Shown here piece by piece: positions 49,818 to 61,114 of a stretch of DNA of 64,000 nucleotides. This stretch comes from Callorhinchus milii. Its lineage: Eukaryota. A program made the position numbers and the translations under genes. The stretch covers positions 41,108,001 to 41,172,000 of the forward strand of contig NW_024704742.1 of assembly GCF_018977255.1 (NCBI RefSeq), given 5' to 3'. Numbering within the stretch: the stretch's first letter is position 1; the number at the start of each line of letters is the position of its first letter. The notes beneath the pieces are model-generated. The model worked only from the letters and a program-made list of their open reading frames with translations, did not search any database and was not told the origin of the DNA.

Positions 49818-50269
49818 AAAGTGAAACAAGAGTGTTTTGCATCCAATGTTTTCCACTCAGAGCATTCAGTGTCAGAGTGAACATGCCTATCTATGGCAGG
49901 TTAACGTAGCCTCTACATTGCCCATTAACGTCCCCTCATCCCAGTCTGAGCAGACCAGACCAGTGTGGAACGTTCTGACGTCTGACACCAGCTACCATCA
50001 TGCGCATGAATGAAATGACCAATTTGTGACAAAATGTACAAGAATGGGTTTACCTAGTGCTGGGTTCAGACTGTCCAAACTCACACTAGCAGCAGATGTG
50101 ACTTTTATCAAACAGTCTACGTTGACTTCAAACCTGGGTCTTGGAAATGAAAAGAAACAGAGAACTTATTTTTACAGGTGGCTTATCATGTTGTAACATC
50201 TCAAACTGCTTAACAGGTGATTACTTGCTGCTGTTGCTGCTTGCCATATGCTACTGTTGCTTCTTGTTG

Positions 50270-51290
50270 CTTACACTGCACTCCTCTATCCCTCGTCCCC
50301 TCCGCTCCACCATTAGCGGACGTACTTTCAGCCACTATGCCCCTAGACTACGGACCTCTATGCCTCAATCCCTCCACTTTGCCTCCTCCTTGCCCATCTT
50401 CAGATCACACCTGAAGACCTTTCTCTTTGAGTTTGACCATGCTTTGGTCACTTCCCCCTCTCTCTGGCTCGGCGTCAAGCTCCGCCACTGTTAAGTGCTT
50501 AGAGACACTACCTCAGGTGAAGGGTGTATAAATGCAAGTTGTTATTTTTGTTAATCTTTGAAGCCCTGAAGTTTAGTGACTGCAAAGTCCAATAACCACT
50601 GAATGACCCATGAATGACTAATTTATCTGGACGATTCCTAGCCAGAATACAGGGAAAAAACTGCTTCTTTTGACCAGACTTCATGGCCCATCACCAACCA
50701 CCATCTTCACTCGGCTTTACTGGCTGCCCATTCCTCAATGGATTGAATTCAAGATTCTCATTGTCACCCTCTTTGAAATGTCTCCACAGCCTTCCCTACC
50801 CTACCACTGCATTCTCCGAAACCCTGGCCATTCCCTGCTCTGAACAAGCATCGGCCTGTTTCACATGTCCCACCCCAACTCTCCACATCCTTCAGCCATT
50901 CTGACCCTGCTCTCTGGAGTCCCTCACCTCATCCCCTCCTCTCCACCTTCAAAACCCAACTGCAATCCTATTCCTTTGGCCACCTTTACCCTCTCCAGCA
51001 CCCTCTCCTCACCCCCTCTCCCCAGTCATTTGGGACATTCTCCAGATGAGAAAGGCACTATACCAATGTAAACTGTTGCTTTTGTTGCCTTTTTGTATAC
51101 TGTATTACCACAGGATCTTTAACGTTCATCTGAAGAAGAGGCAGTCAAAGCATAGGATTAACATTTCATCCTAAAGATTACACTTCTGTCAATGCAGCAT
51201 CATCTCAAGACTGCACTGGGCACGACACAGGGCTTGAACCCGCAACTTTGTGACCCAGAGTTGAGTACGCTAACAAGGAAGCCAAGCTGT
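50270..51290. mobile_element. Two L2 3' fragments (plus; ~50270-50545 and ~50683-51087) and a family B head (minus; ~51108-51290)
   Basis: GRTFSHYAPRL..FRSHLKTFLF; YWLP..IEFKI; GGGCTTGAACCCGCAAC. Confidence 0.75.
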
Positions 51291-51587
51291 GCACACAGTA
51301 CCATTTAGTCCCTTGACAGCATTACAATATGGCATTTCACAGATCATGCAATACCCAAAATATATATGTAACAATACAATTTCTGCTCTGGTTGCGATGT
51401 CCTTGTGTTGAAAAGTGAAATTACATTATTCATCTGCAGGCACTCCTCGGAGATTGTAAGGTAATCAGTACGTTTCCATTCACATTCCTTATTCAGCAGG
51501 TCTGGGAACTATGCAAAACAAACTGGAGCAGGTTACCTGAAGAAACACCACAAGCCTGCAGTCCAGTTATACTATATATTAATATAC

Positions 51588-51666
51588 GATTATATTTTTT
51601 TCTATTTAATAAGAAGCCTCAGTATTTTAAATACTGAGGCATCTTATTAAATAGAAAAAAATAATC
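51588..51666. repeat. Near-perfect palindrome with ~33-39-bp arms and a 1-nt centre
   Basis: TTTTTTTCTATTTAATAAGAAGCCTCAGTATTT-t-AAATACTGAGGCATCTTATTAAATAGAAAAAAA, one mismatch. Confidence 0.95.
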
Positions 51667-52391
51667 TGGTAGAGAGGTTGAAATGACAACATAGATTGTG
51701 AAGCTCAAGCAGTTTATTATCATCTGAACCCTGAGATGAGATTAGTTTCATTCCAATCACTCCAGTGCGCCCATTATTTTTTATGTAAGTGTCTTGATGA
51801 TGATAATATATAGCAGTCTTATTTTCGACAATGTAAATTAAGTCTAACCCATTGCTGGAAGGTGGAAACTCAGTGCATTAAAGCAAAGTTCAGAATAACA
51901 CCACTTTCAGAGTTTGTTTCAGTTTTACTGCCACTTACTCAGTCCGTTCCAGCCTCCATACTGCTCTCCTATTTTAACATTCCTACTCTCTCGACCAGAG
52001 CCACTCTCTCTCTATCTCTCTTTCTTTAAGAAACAGTAGCTTGACTACATCAGAACTCTGTTATAACATACTTGGTTATAACCCAGGTTTACTTGTAAAG
52101 CAAGTGCCCTGTTGACACACTGCTGGCACCCTACTCTTGGCCGGGTTCCTGTGAGCTAAAAAACGAACAATTTCCAGGTTATCAGGTCTTCATGTCCTGG
52201 CAGTGACATCGACTGCGACCTAATGACCCTGAAGTCAGACATTTTTTAAGCACAGGAAGCTGGCCAGCTTTCTGCACACATGCACAGTGATGGCACGGGT
52301 CAATAATCTTTGCTGTCACAATGTGGAAGCGCTGATAGCGCTTGCACCCCATTATAAGGTGGTTGGAATTTTATGGACCCCAAGAACAGCA

Positions 52392-53012
52392 TCCCCGGCA
52401 GGGAGAAACAATAGGCAAGTTTCCTTACTCGACACGCCTATGTTTACCTAGCAGTAAGTAGAACCCAGTTGTTAGTCGATTGGCAGATTGCTTTTCCAGG
52501 GGTAATAATAATTCCGTCAAAAACAAATAATAATAATAGTAATAATTCTTGCATTTGATATAACGCTTTTCACGTCAGGAGGACGTCCCAAAGCGCTTCA
52601 CAGAACACACTGTAAAGTGAATTGACTGTATATTTGTGGGGGAACGCGACAACCAATTGCGCACAGCAGTGTCCCACAAACAGTCGTAGATTGAAAATGA
52701 CCAATTTATTATTGTTTTTGGTTTTGGAGGGATTATTATTAGGCTCTGTGTGGAGTAAGGAAACTTGCCCAAGGTTTCGCCCTCTGCCTGGAATTGAACT
52801 CAGGTCTCTCGCTTGCAAAGCGAGTGCTCTAACCACTGAGCTACAGGACTCCACATAATAATAAATTGGTCACTCAATCTGAGACTGTTTGTGGGAGGGA
52901 CACTGCTATACGCATTTTGCCCACAAATTACACTTTACAATATATTCTGTGAAGCACTTTCAGATGTCTCGAAAACGTGATTAGGGGCTATATCAAATGC
53001 AAGGATTATTAT
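52392..53012 (+). mobile_element. Long-form family A SINE split by a nested short-form copy
   Basis: 5' part at ~52392-52535 (CORE-like segment); 3' part at 52856-53012 (Deu 3' motif and tail). Confidence 0.85.
52536..52855 (-). mobile_element. SINE family A, short form, young, nested
   Basis: Almost identical to 14347-14666; inserted into the host (AAT)n tract, with ATAATAATAA on both sides. Confidence 0.95.
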
Positions 53013-53549
53013 TGTCACAATATGGTTCTACTGTATCTCGGGTGAGGGGAACCAATCAAATGACTTATTAGCCGGGACCTTCCTCTTCAGTGCTAACTAT
53101 TTGGGGGAGAAGCAGCTCCTTCAAGAACATTGTTTATGGAAAGCCAAGGTTTAAATAGGCCAGAAAACTTTTTCCCCCTTAATTCCTTCTTAGGTTTGAA
53201 CATTAATATTGCTGCCCGGGTATCTCTGGAGAGAGATGAGAAGAGAGAGAACACTTCCATGACCTAATGGAGGGTTTCCCAGGGGATATTTGAATCATAA
53301 CAGCCCAAGCTATTTAAACATATACAGTTGTTCAAAAACAATCTTAAACATATACACTTCGCTGGATGCCGGTTAACCTCTGACGCCGGGTAAATGAAAC
53401 AAAATACCCGGCCCCGATTACCCTGTATTCTTACCTGTTTCAAATATTATGGTTCAATCAGACGAAAACCCGCTTACTCCGGGCAAAATGCCGCACTGGT
53501 CACCACTGGATGCACTCACTTGGCCTTCAGTGTGTCCAGCGGCTCCATT

Positions 53550-53855
53550 TGTGGGGTCCTGTGGCTCTCGCTTTGCTAGCGAGAGACCTGAGTTCAATTC
53601 CAGGCAGGGCGAAACCTTGGGCAAGTTTCCTTACTCCACACGCCTAATAATAATCCCTCCAAAACAAAAAAAACAATAATAAATTGGTCATTTTCAATCT
53701 ACGGCTGTTTGTGGGACACTCCTGTGCGCAATTGGCTGCCGCGTTCGCCCACAAATATACAGTCAATTCACTTTACAGTCTATTCTGTGAAGCACTTTGG
53801 GACGTCCTCCCGATGTGAAAAGCGCGATATCAAATGCAAGGATTATTATTATTAT
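53550..53855 (+). mobile_element. SINE family A, short form, young, with a small deletion in the D-arm
   Basis: GTGGGGTCCTGTGGCTC/TCGCTTTGCTAGCGAG..; tail GGGACGTCCTCCCGATGTGAAAAGCGC. Confidence 0.93.
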
Positions 53856-54939
53856 TCAGCCACGAGGGGCTCTGGGATGTAAATGGGAGGAGTCAAACTG
53901 CGATTGACAGCGGACTCCAACCATTCACAAGAGGTTGGAGTTGGGCTGTCAATCAGTGAAGGGGCGGAGAAACAGGGCAGCACAAGGGAGGGAACTCATG
54001 ATTGATTGACAGCTGGGTCACTTGTGAATGAGTGGAGCCCAAACATTCACAAGCGGCTGCAGGATGTCAATCACCTCAACGCTGCCGGTAATTGGTCCCC
54101 TTCCCATCCAGTGGAAACAGCAGTCGGAGGGAGAAAGCGCCGCCCCTGTGCTGGGCAGAAAGTAGTGTATTGTATTTTGCAGCCAAACAAAGTATTCTCT
54201 AAGAGTATTTTCACTGTAACTGGTCAGTTAGCATTGCTTCAAGCAAAACAACATTATTACATATCATTAAACAGTGTGGGCGGGGCTCCTCTGCTGGGTC
54301 GGAATGGTATTTCGATTAACCGCGGACACTTCTTAAGCCAGACGAAAAGGCCGTCCCCAATGTGTCTGGCTTAACCAGCTTCCACTATATTAGAATACAA
54401 AATGCAGCATAAACAGCGCAGAATAAACCACATGTAAAATGAGGAAGCGGGATTGTCATCAACTTCAGGGCACAGTTCCTGCAATTGGAATCTAGAATGC
54501 TGGCTGCTGGTTTCCATCTACATTAAATTGGATGAAACCGGAAGCTGTTTGCAGGCTTGGAACTCAAGAATGCAGCTCTTGCTGTGAACTCTAAAAACTG
54601 GAAGGCTCAATTATGGTATTACTAAACATATTCCTTTCGTTAGTTGAGGAATGGTGTGAAAATATTTTGAAATAAGCCCCTTCCTCACTAATGAATAACG
54701 GGAGCACCCAAACCCAAGATGCTGCCAGTGCGTAGATTCTAGTTTTCTGACTCTCGCAAACTGCAATCAAGACTTCACTTAAATCTTTGCCCCCCTCCCC
54801 ACTCCCCCCTCCCCCTCTCCCCCTTCTTCTCCCTTCCCCCCCACCCGAAACAAATTTATTGACTTTGAGTGCTTTTATTTTCTTGCTAGCTTTTTGGGAG
54901 TAGGAAGTTTGAATGTGAATTATTCTTGTGTGTGAGACT

Positions 54940-55232
54940 GGCTCGGTTGTTAGCACTGCGGCTTTGATGTTAGAATGTTATGAATTCAAGCACCACGTCG
55001 AGACTTGGAATTCATAGTCTAGGATGACACTCCAGCTCAGGGCTGGGTATGTGCTGTATGGTTGGAGGTTCCATCCTACGGATGAGACATTAAATCGTGA
55101 TCCCATTTACCCATTCTTGTGGGTGTTAAAGACCCTATGGCACTACACTACACTTCATAATAAATCCAGTGAAAAGCTTTGAGACGTTTTCACCACCTGA
55201 TAAGGTACTACATCAAATGCTGATATTATTAT
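54940..55232 (+). mobile_element. Family B Deu SINE, internally deleted
   Basis: GGCTCGGTTGTTAGCACT..TTCAAGCCAC..GGATGAGACATTAAA..AAAGACCCTATGGCACTA. Confidence 0.7.
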
Positions 55233-55946
55233 TTATGAATTATTCTGTATCAGGATTGAAATTTAGTTTTTTTTAAAAAATTTGATTAGTGATCACGAAA
55301 CCATATTTTCACCCGAATACAAAAAGGCATTAAAACTGCATTTGTCTTCATATCAGTTTTCTCTTATGCTCTTTGTCATGGTTACATAAAGCAGAGACAG
55401 ACTGTGCAACCAAATGACCCAAAGAACAGGGACTCCTTTTTTGGCACAAACACTGCCGACATGGATTTGTTCCACATGCAGGATCACTGCAGACATCGCC
55501 TTGCACGGTTCAAGATCAGGTCAGGATAAATGGGGAACTAAGTGTCGGAGTGCTGCCAGAAAACACTTCACGTGTGTTTGACTAAATCATCAGAGCCTGA
55601 GCATTTTATGCACATTTTATTATTTTTCCATTTTGCATGTGTGCAACAAACTTTAGAGGATAAATGCATGCTCCTTCCAGTTCACCCACACTGGACTCCA
55701 TGGAGAAAATGGTTGCTTATTAAGTGTTAAATCCAGAGCATTGCTGAGCTGCAGACTCACGTCGCTGGGCTGAAACTGACTGCCACAACTCGTTTCATTT
55801 GTGACCCTTCAGAGAGATGAGACCTGCATCTCCAGTGTGAAATTGATTTCAAACCCAGCTCCCCCTCGTGACAGCGCTACGTTCTTCCATCCTGGCAAGC
55901 AGTCCTTCATTCCTTTTCCGCTCTCCTAGGAAGCTTTATTACTTTT

Positions 55947-56176
55947 AATAATAATAATCCATGCATTTGATATAGCGCCTTATCACATCTTCAAGACGTC
56001 TCAAAGCGCTTCACAGAATATAATGTATATTTTGTGGGTGAGATAATGGCAGCCAATTGCACCAGCAGTGTCCCACAAACAGTCGTGGATTAAGTGACCA
56101 AATTATTATTTAGTTATTTATTTTTGAAGGAATTATTACCCCCGGAAAGCAATCTGCCAATCGACTAACAACCGGT
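55947..56176 (-). mobile_element. SINE family A, long form, lacking the head
   Basis: Tail, Deu 3' motif and GTTGTTAGTCGATTGGCAGATTGC segment. Confidence 0.85.
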
Positions 56177-58229
56177 ATCTTTTTAAAAATTTTAATTTCT
56201 TTAAGTATCTTTCATCGGCATTTTTAATATTGTTGCAATATTGTAATCAAAACTGCTTCACCTGAAAAAAAAACTAAAATCCTAACATAGATCCAATTTG
56301 TTCAGTGACATTGATTTCAATTGCGGAAAAAATCTTCACCAGAATTATTCACTACCAGTCACATATTTCAGTTACCACTCCATCAGCTTTCACCCATATG
56401 GTGAGCTCCTAATTTCAAATGATATCACGGGGGACATTTGACAACAGAACCCAACAATATTCATGGCTCTATAGCAATAGAACCCTTTCACTTGCTTTAT
56501 GGAAGCTGTTATGTCCACTGGGTGTCCAACACATGTGGAAACTTGTCAATATGCTTATGAGTATCCAAACCACACCTAGTTCCACATATGTATGTCATCT
56601 ACGCATAGAAACGTCCCTGTGTCTGGAAAGGAATGTGCACTCTCTCACATCCAGAGATGATTAGACACAGGTTGGCAATTGACTTTCTAGACAGAAAGTC
56701 AGAGAATGAATACCCAGAGGCATGTGGACCAACAAATTAGCTGAGCACCATAGACCAAAGGAAGGAGGATTCCCCCCCACCCCATTATGATGAGAATCAT
56801 CAGACTGAAGTCACTGTGGCTCCCCAAAATAATCACTGCTATCTAATGTCACAGGGTGGCTTCCACAATTTTCGAAAAAGATCATATTGTCTATGGTTAG
56901 TGGCCACTACACCATCATCCAGCACCTTTGGACATCCTCTTGACATGAAAGACGCTATACAAATGCAATTTGTTGTTAATTTGTTGTTGTCTATAAACCA
57001 ATTTGAAAACTATTTTGAATTTTGGCTTCTTGTAAGCAGCGACAGAACAAAGAGGAGTCGTGCAAACATTTTTGGACTGCTTGTGGCCTTAACAATGTAA
57101 TTCAATCTCAAATGACCTTCATGGTTAATCTTGCCCCGGAGGAGAGTTTCTCCATTGGGTTATCGAGGAAGGAAAGGGTAAAACAGATTGAGGTGGAGTC
57201 CTTCCTCGCTTAACTGAAGCCTGGCTGCTGGTAGGATGAATAAGGCACAGGACAATGCTTATGGACAGAACTGTAGGATTATGGATCTTCATCTTTAGCT
57301 TTGGGCAGGAAAATCTTGCCAATCTCTGCTCTGCCTTTCCTCATCCACATACCTTTGAAGGTTGCAGTTTTAAAAGTGTTGATGGGTGTGGTGGCAATAA
57401 GCAAGATTGAAGAGGTAGACTTTAAGGCAGGACTTAAAGATGTATAGTGAGGGAGGAGAGAGGAAAGACTGAACAGAATGAATGAGCAAAATATAAATGT
57501 TACAGTTGCATTCACTATTAAGACATGTTCACAGTCACATAAAACATTCAGCCTGCAACATTTAAGTTCCCAATACTGTAACTTGTCAAAGGAATACAAA
57601 GACAATTAACAATTAATGACTGATATGCTATTTGATAAGCACAATGAGCCCTGATATTGTTTCATCCACATTCAGCCGCCTACTTAATGGTGATTTGGGT
57701 AATTTGAGATAATTAGGTGCTTTGTTACTAAAGACAAATTTTCTGTTGCACAGATCCCTGACAAGTGACAACAACAACCTTCAAAACTCCGGGTGCAATT
57801 TATACAATTGTACAAGTGTGCTCAACAATTGCTCCTACCCTTTAAAGTGATGTGCCTTCCTTAGCCCTTTCCCCAGCTCAGGCTCCCAATCAGTTTTGTG
57901 AAGCACCTTCAGATGTCCTCCTGATGTAAAAGAAGCTATATAAATGTAAATTGTTGTTGTTGCCCTTTGAGACATGCTATATCAAATACAAGTGTTTTTG
58001 TATTTTTTGGCTCAGTAGAAATATGATATACCGAGTAGATGAATAGAAAGAAAGCTACCATTTTTACTGTGGCCATCTTTCTCCCACCTCTATACCCATC
58101 CCCAGCTCAGCTGACCAGCCAGCATTGTCAAGTCATTTGAGATGTCCTACTGACATGAAATGTGCTCTATAGTGGTAAACTGTATTCTATTTGAAAGATT
58201 TATGCTGTTCATGCCCTGCTTGATCCTGG

Positions 58230-59612
58230 ACTTTGCTAATGGGTCGGAGGAAGCCTCTGCTGCACTGAGGTGGATTTGTGGTGAACACAGGAATTGGTTG
58301 CAGGGAGGGAGGGCTCTTGCCAACACTGACCTGTCACTAAGCACCCTGGAGGCAGAGGTGACTTCACAGTGGGCATGTCTATTTGCCAAAGCTCCTCGCA
58401 TGAGGACAACAACAACTACAGCATCCTCCACGCAGGGTCGTGTTTCAGAGCGCTTAATAGTGGCCTGACTTCAAGCCGGGGGGGGAGGAGGTGAAGTGGC
58501 TTTAAGCACGGTCGAAGAACAAGGTTTTAAGGTGGGACCTGAAAGAGGGGAGAGAGGGGACAAGGCGGAGGGATTGAGGGAGAGTGTTTTAGAGTTTCGG
58601 GGCATAGTGGCTGAAAGCGCAACCTCTGATGGTGGGGTAGAAGGCACAATGGATGAGCAGGAGGCCGATGCCAGTCGAGTGGAGGTGCCGGATGGTGAAC
58701 TGTGGATTGAGGCGGACGGAGAGGTAGCGAGGTGCCAGGGAGTGAATAGAGGTGCCAGGGAGTGAATGGAGGTGCCAAGGACCTGGATTAAGCAGCTGGT
58801 CCTGAACAAGGCTGGTATCTGGCATTGGACTTGGACCTCGAGAAGATCAAGGTGGCTGGCACGTCACAAGCTGTCCTGTAAAGGTCCTCCCACCACACTG
58901 AAGGCAGATGCCTGCCAAATAACTGATGAGGAATCTCTGAACCTTGGGGCGACAGCTACTGGAAGGTGCTCCTGGAATCTGAGTTCATGAACACATGTTC
59001 GTATATCCGGTGCCTGGAATCCACCTTGGTTGGCCTGCAGAGAGGCAAGCCGCCGCTGCTTAAACACCACATCTCCAATTGGTGGAACCAGCGCTCAATG
59101 GGAAGAGCGTAGCACTGCTCTCATGCATTTCATGCTGAGCTGTGTTTCTCACCAGGAAGTTCACGTGGAGTTCCTGGTACCTACCATCCACCTAATGAGA
59201 GCTCAAACCCACGCTTGGCGGATGTCAAATGACCAACTAGTGACTGTCCTCTGGGAGAGCGGGGGAGGTATCCCTGGGAGCTGAACTGGCTCTAAGGTGT
59301 CATGTTTGACAACGGAGTGTTGGAATCGAGTCAACCCTCTGTGGTGGTCTCGCTAATCCGTTCCTGAGCCGGGCAGATCCACAGTATTCCGGGACACGGC
59401 TGATGACAGCACAGCCAGCCCAGATCATCGGCAGGACTTTCTGGATTTAGGTAAGCATGACATGTCCCTCCAGGGAGAGAGTGTGCATTCCATTCCAATA
59501 AACATCTCTGGAATTTCCAGAGATTTCCATGCATGGAAATCTCACCTTGGTTTGGATACTCTTAAGCATGGTGATGGGTTTTGGCATGTGTCAGAACCCG
59601 GCTGAACAAAAA
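58230..59612 (+). mobile_element. Longest family X copy (possible decayed non-LTR retrotransposon), interrupted by an L2 at ~58406-58780
   Basis: 59240-59612 aligns with the other family X copies. The upstream part has coding-like remnants (WEERSTALMHFMLSC..EFL). AGGAC flanks the L2 insert on both sides. Confidence 0.55.
58406..58720 (-). mobile_element. L2 LINE 3' fragment
   Basis: GLLLIH..PTIRGCAFSHYAPKL; (TTG)n tail; related to 48945-49180. Confidence 0.85.
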
Positions 59613-59698
59613 TACACATTCCCTGCTTTAAGGAACAAACAAAAATATTGCCTTCTTGTGCAGTAAACATCTTAATTTACCAAGTTCATCCAGCAGTT

Positions 59699-59702
<4 letters not shown>

Positions 59703-59731
<29 letters not shown>
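59703..59731. repeat. (CT)n microsatellite
   Basis: Direct reading. Confidence 0.95.
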
Positions 59732-59737
<6 letters not shown>

Positions 59738-60767
59738 TTCTCCTCCTCCCACCCAACACCCCTCCTCCTTGGGTCTGCGAATTCTTCTTAATAACGGAGA
59801 ATAACCTTGCATATACACATGACACAGAATATAAACGTTGATGTTTTGGGGATGAAGAGGTCGTCAGCATTCAAGTGATTTTATAGTTCTGTGAAGAAAC
59901 TCTGCCCTTCCACTCGTAAAGAGGCCACAATAAGTTAAAAGGAGAAAGCCATTTGCTAAAATCCAACGGCATCAAAATATCCAGGCTTGACTCATCTCCG
60001 AGCAGCATACCATATTCTTAGATGTGCTGTAGTCATGGCAACTGCAATTCAGTGACCTCGTTATTTCAACCTAATCCTGGTTTGAAATTACAGTTGCTCC
60101 TCCCTTTTGCCTGGCTAGCCTGATAACATAATCATTGCAAATTAGTATGGAAAAACCCAGCAGGATTTGTTCTGTGAGTGGCATAGGACTGGTCAAGCTG
60201 AAGAAAGTGTATCAAAACACTGGCTTTATCAGAGAAATAATATACAAACGGAACAGCAATAAACCCAGCTGGAACACAGTTTGAATTCACAAGTCTGACA
60301 GCTCCTTTCTCCGTACACATCATTTGAACAAGATTTTAAGCCTTTAAACCCACTTTTTTTAAAAAAACTCAATTTTAAGCCGTCAGTTTTCTACTTCAGT
60401 AATTCCCTGCTTTGTTACAGAATTAATTGGTTTCAGTGAAAGCCTTTCCCTATAGTATGTCACACTGCACGTCCTACGGGGCTGGTACACTAACCTCAGT
60501 GCAGTACATATTCCTCTGGTGCACAACTGACTCAATGCACCTAGGATATGCCAGTGCCTCCGAGGATCTTCTTAAAATTCCATTAAATCATATCCCCAAA
60601 TTAAAACTAAGCAGTGTGCTTCGGAACTTTCAACTTTAAAACTTTGCTTTTCCCTTTGCTCAGGCAAAGATCAGGCAATGGCAGAAATGGTATGTGAACC
60701 AAATCCAACTTAGAGTCACAGAATTTTACCAGACAGATGCAGGCTACTCAGTTCATTCGGTCAGCAA

Positions 60768-61114
60768 TGGAGTCTTGAAGCGTAGTGGTAACGGCACTCG
60801 CCTCGCAAGCAAGAGGACCTGGGTTTCATTCTTGGGCAGGGTGAAACCTTAGTTTCCTTACTCCACACACCTCTATTTACCTAGCAGTAAGTAGGAACTC
60901 GGTGATTAGTCGTTTGGCGGATCGTTTTCCAGGTGTAATGACCCTTAAAAAATATTTGGTCACTCAATCCACAATTGTTTATGGGACACTGCTGTGTGCA
61001 ATTGGCTGCCACATTTCGCCCACAAAATACAATCAATTCCCTTTACAGTGAAGTGCTTTGAGACATCTCAACGATGTAATAAGGTGCTATATTAAATGCA
61101 AGGATTATTATTAT
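60768..61114 (+). mobile_element. SINE family A, long form, full length
   Basis: TGGAGTCTTGAAGCGTAGTGG..CTCGCCTCGCAAGC..CTATTTACCTAGCAGTAAGTAGG..GCTGTGTGCAATTGGCTGCC..tail. Confidence 0.9.

Noticed and set aside
51430..51470. 21-nt plus-strand micro-exon (CTGCAG|..AAG|GTAATC)
   Set aside because: Weak pyrimidine tract and no gene context; expected by chance.
52570..52854. Repeated MESCSSVVRALALQARDL ORFs (also 14385-14666) as a gene family
   Set aside because: They are translations of near-identical SINE copies.
53395..53500. Minus-strand donor AAACAG|GTAAGA near 53434 as an upstream LDB2 exon
   Set aside because: No supporting frame or acceptor, and it lies in a probable repeat.
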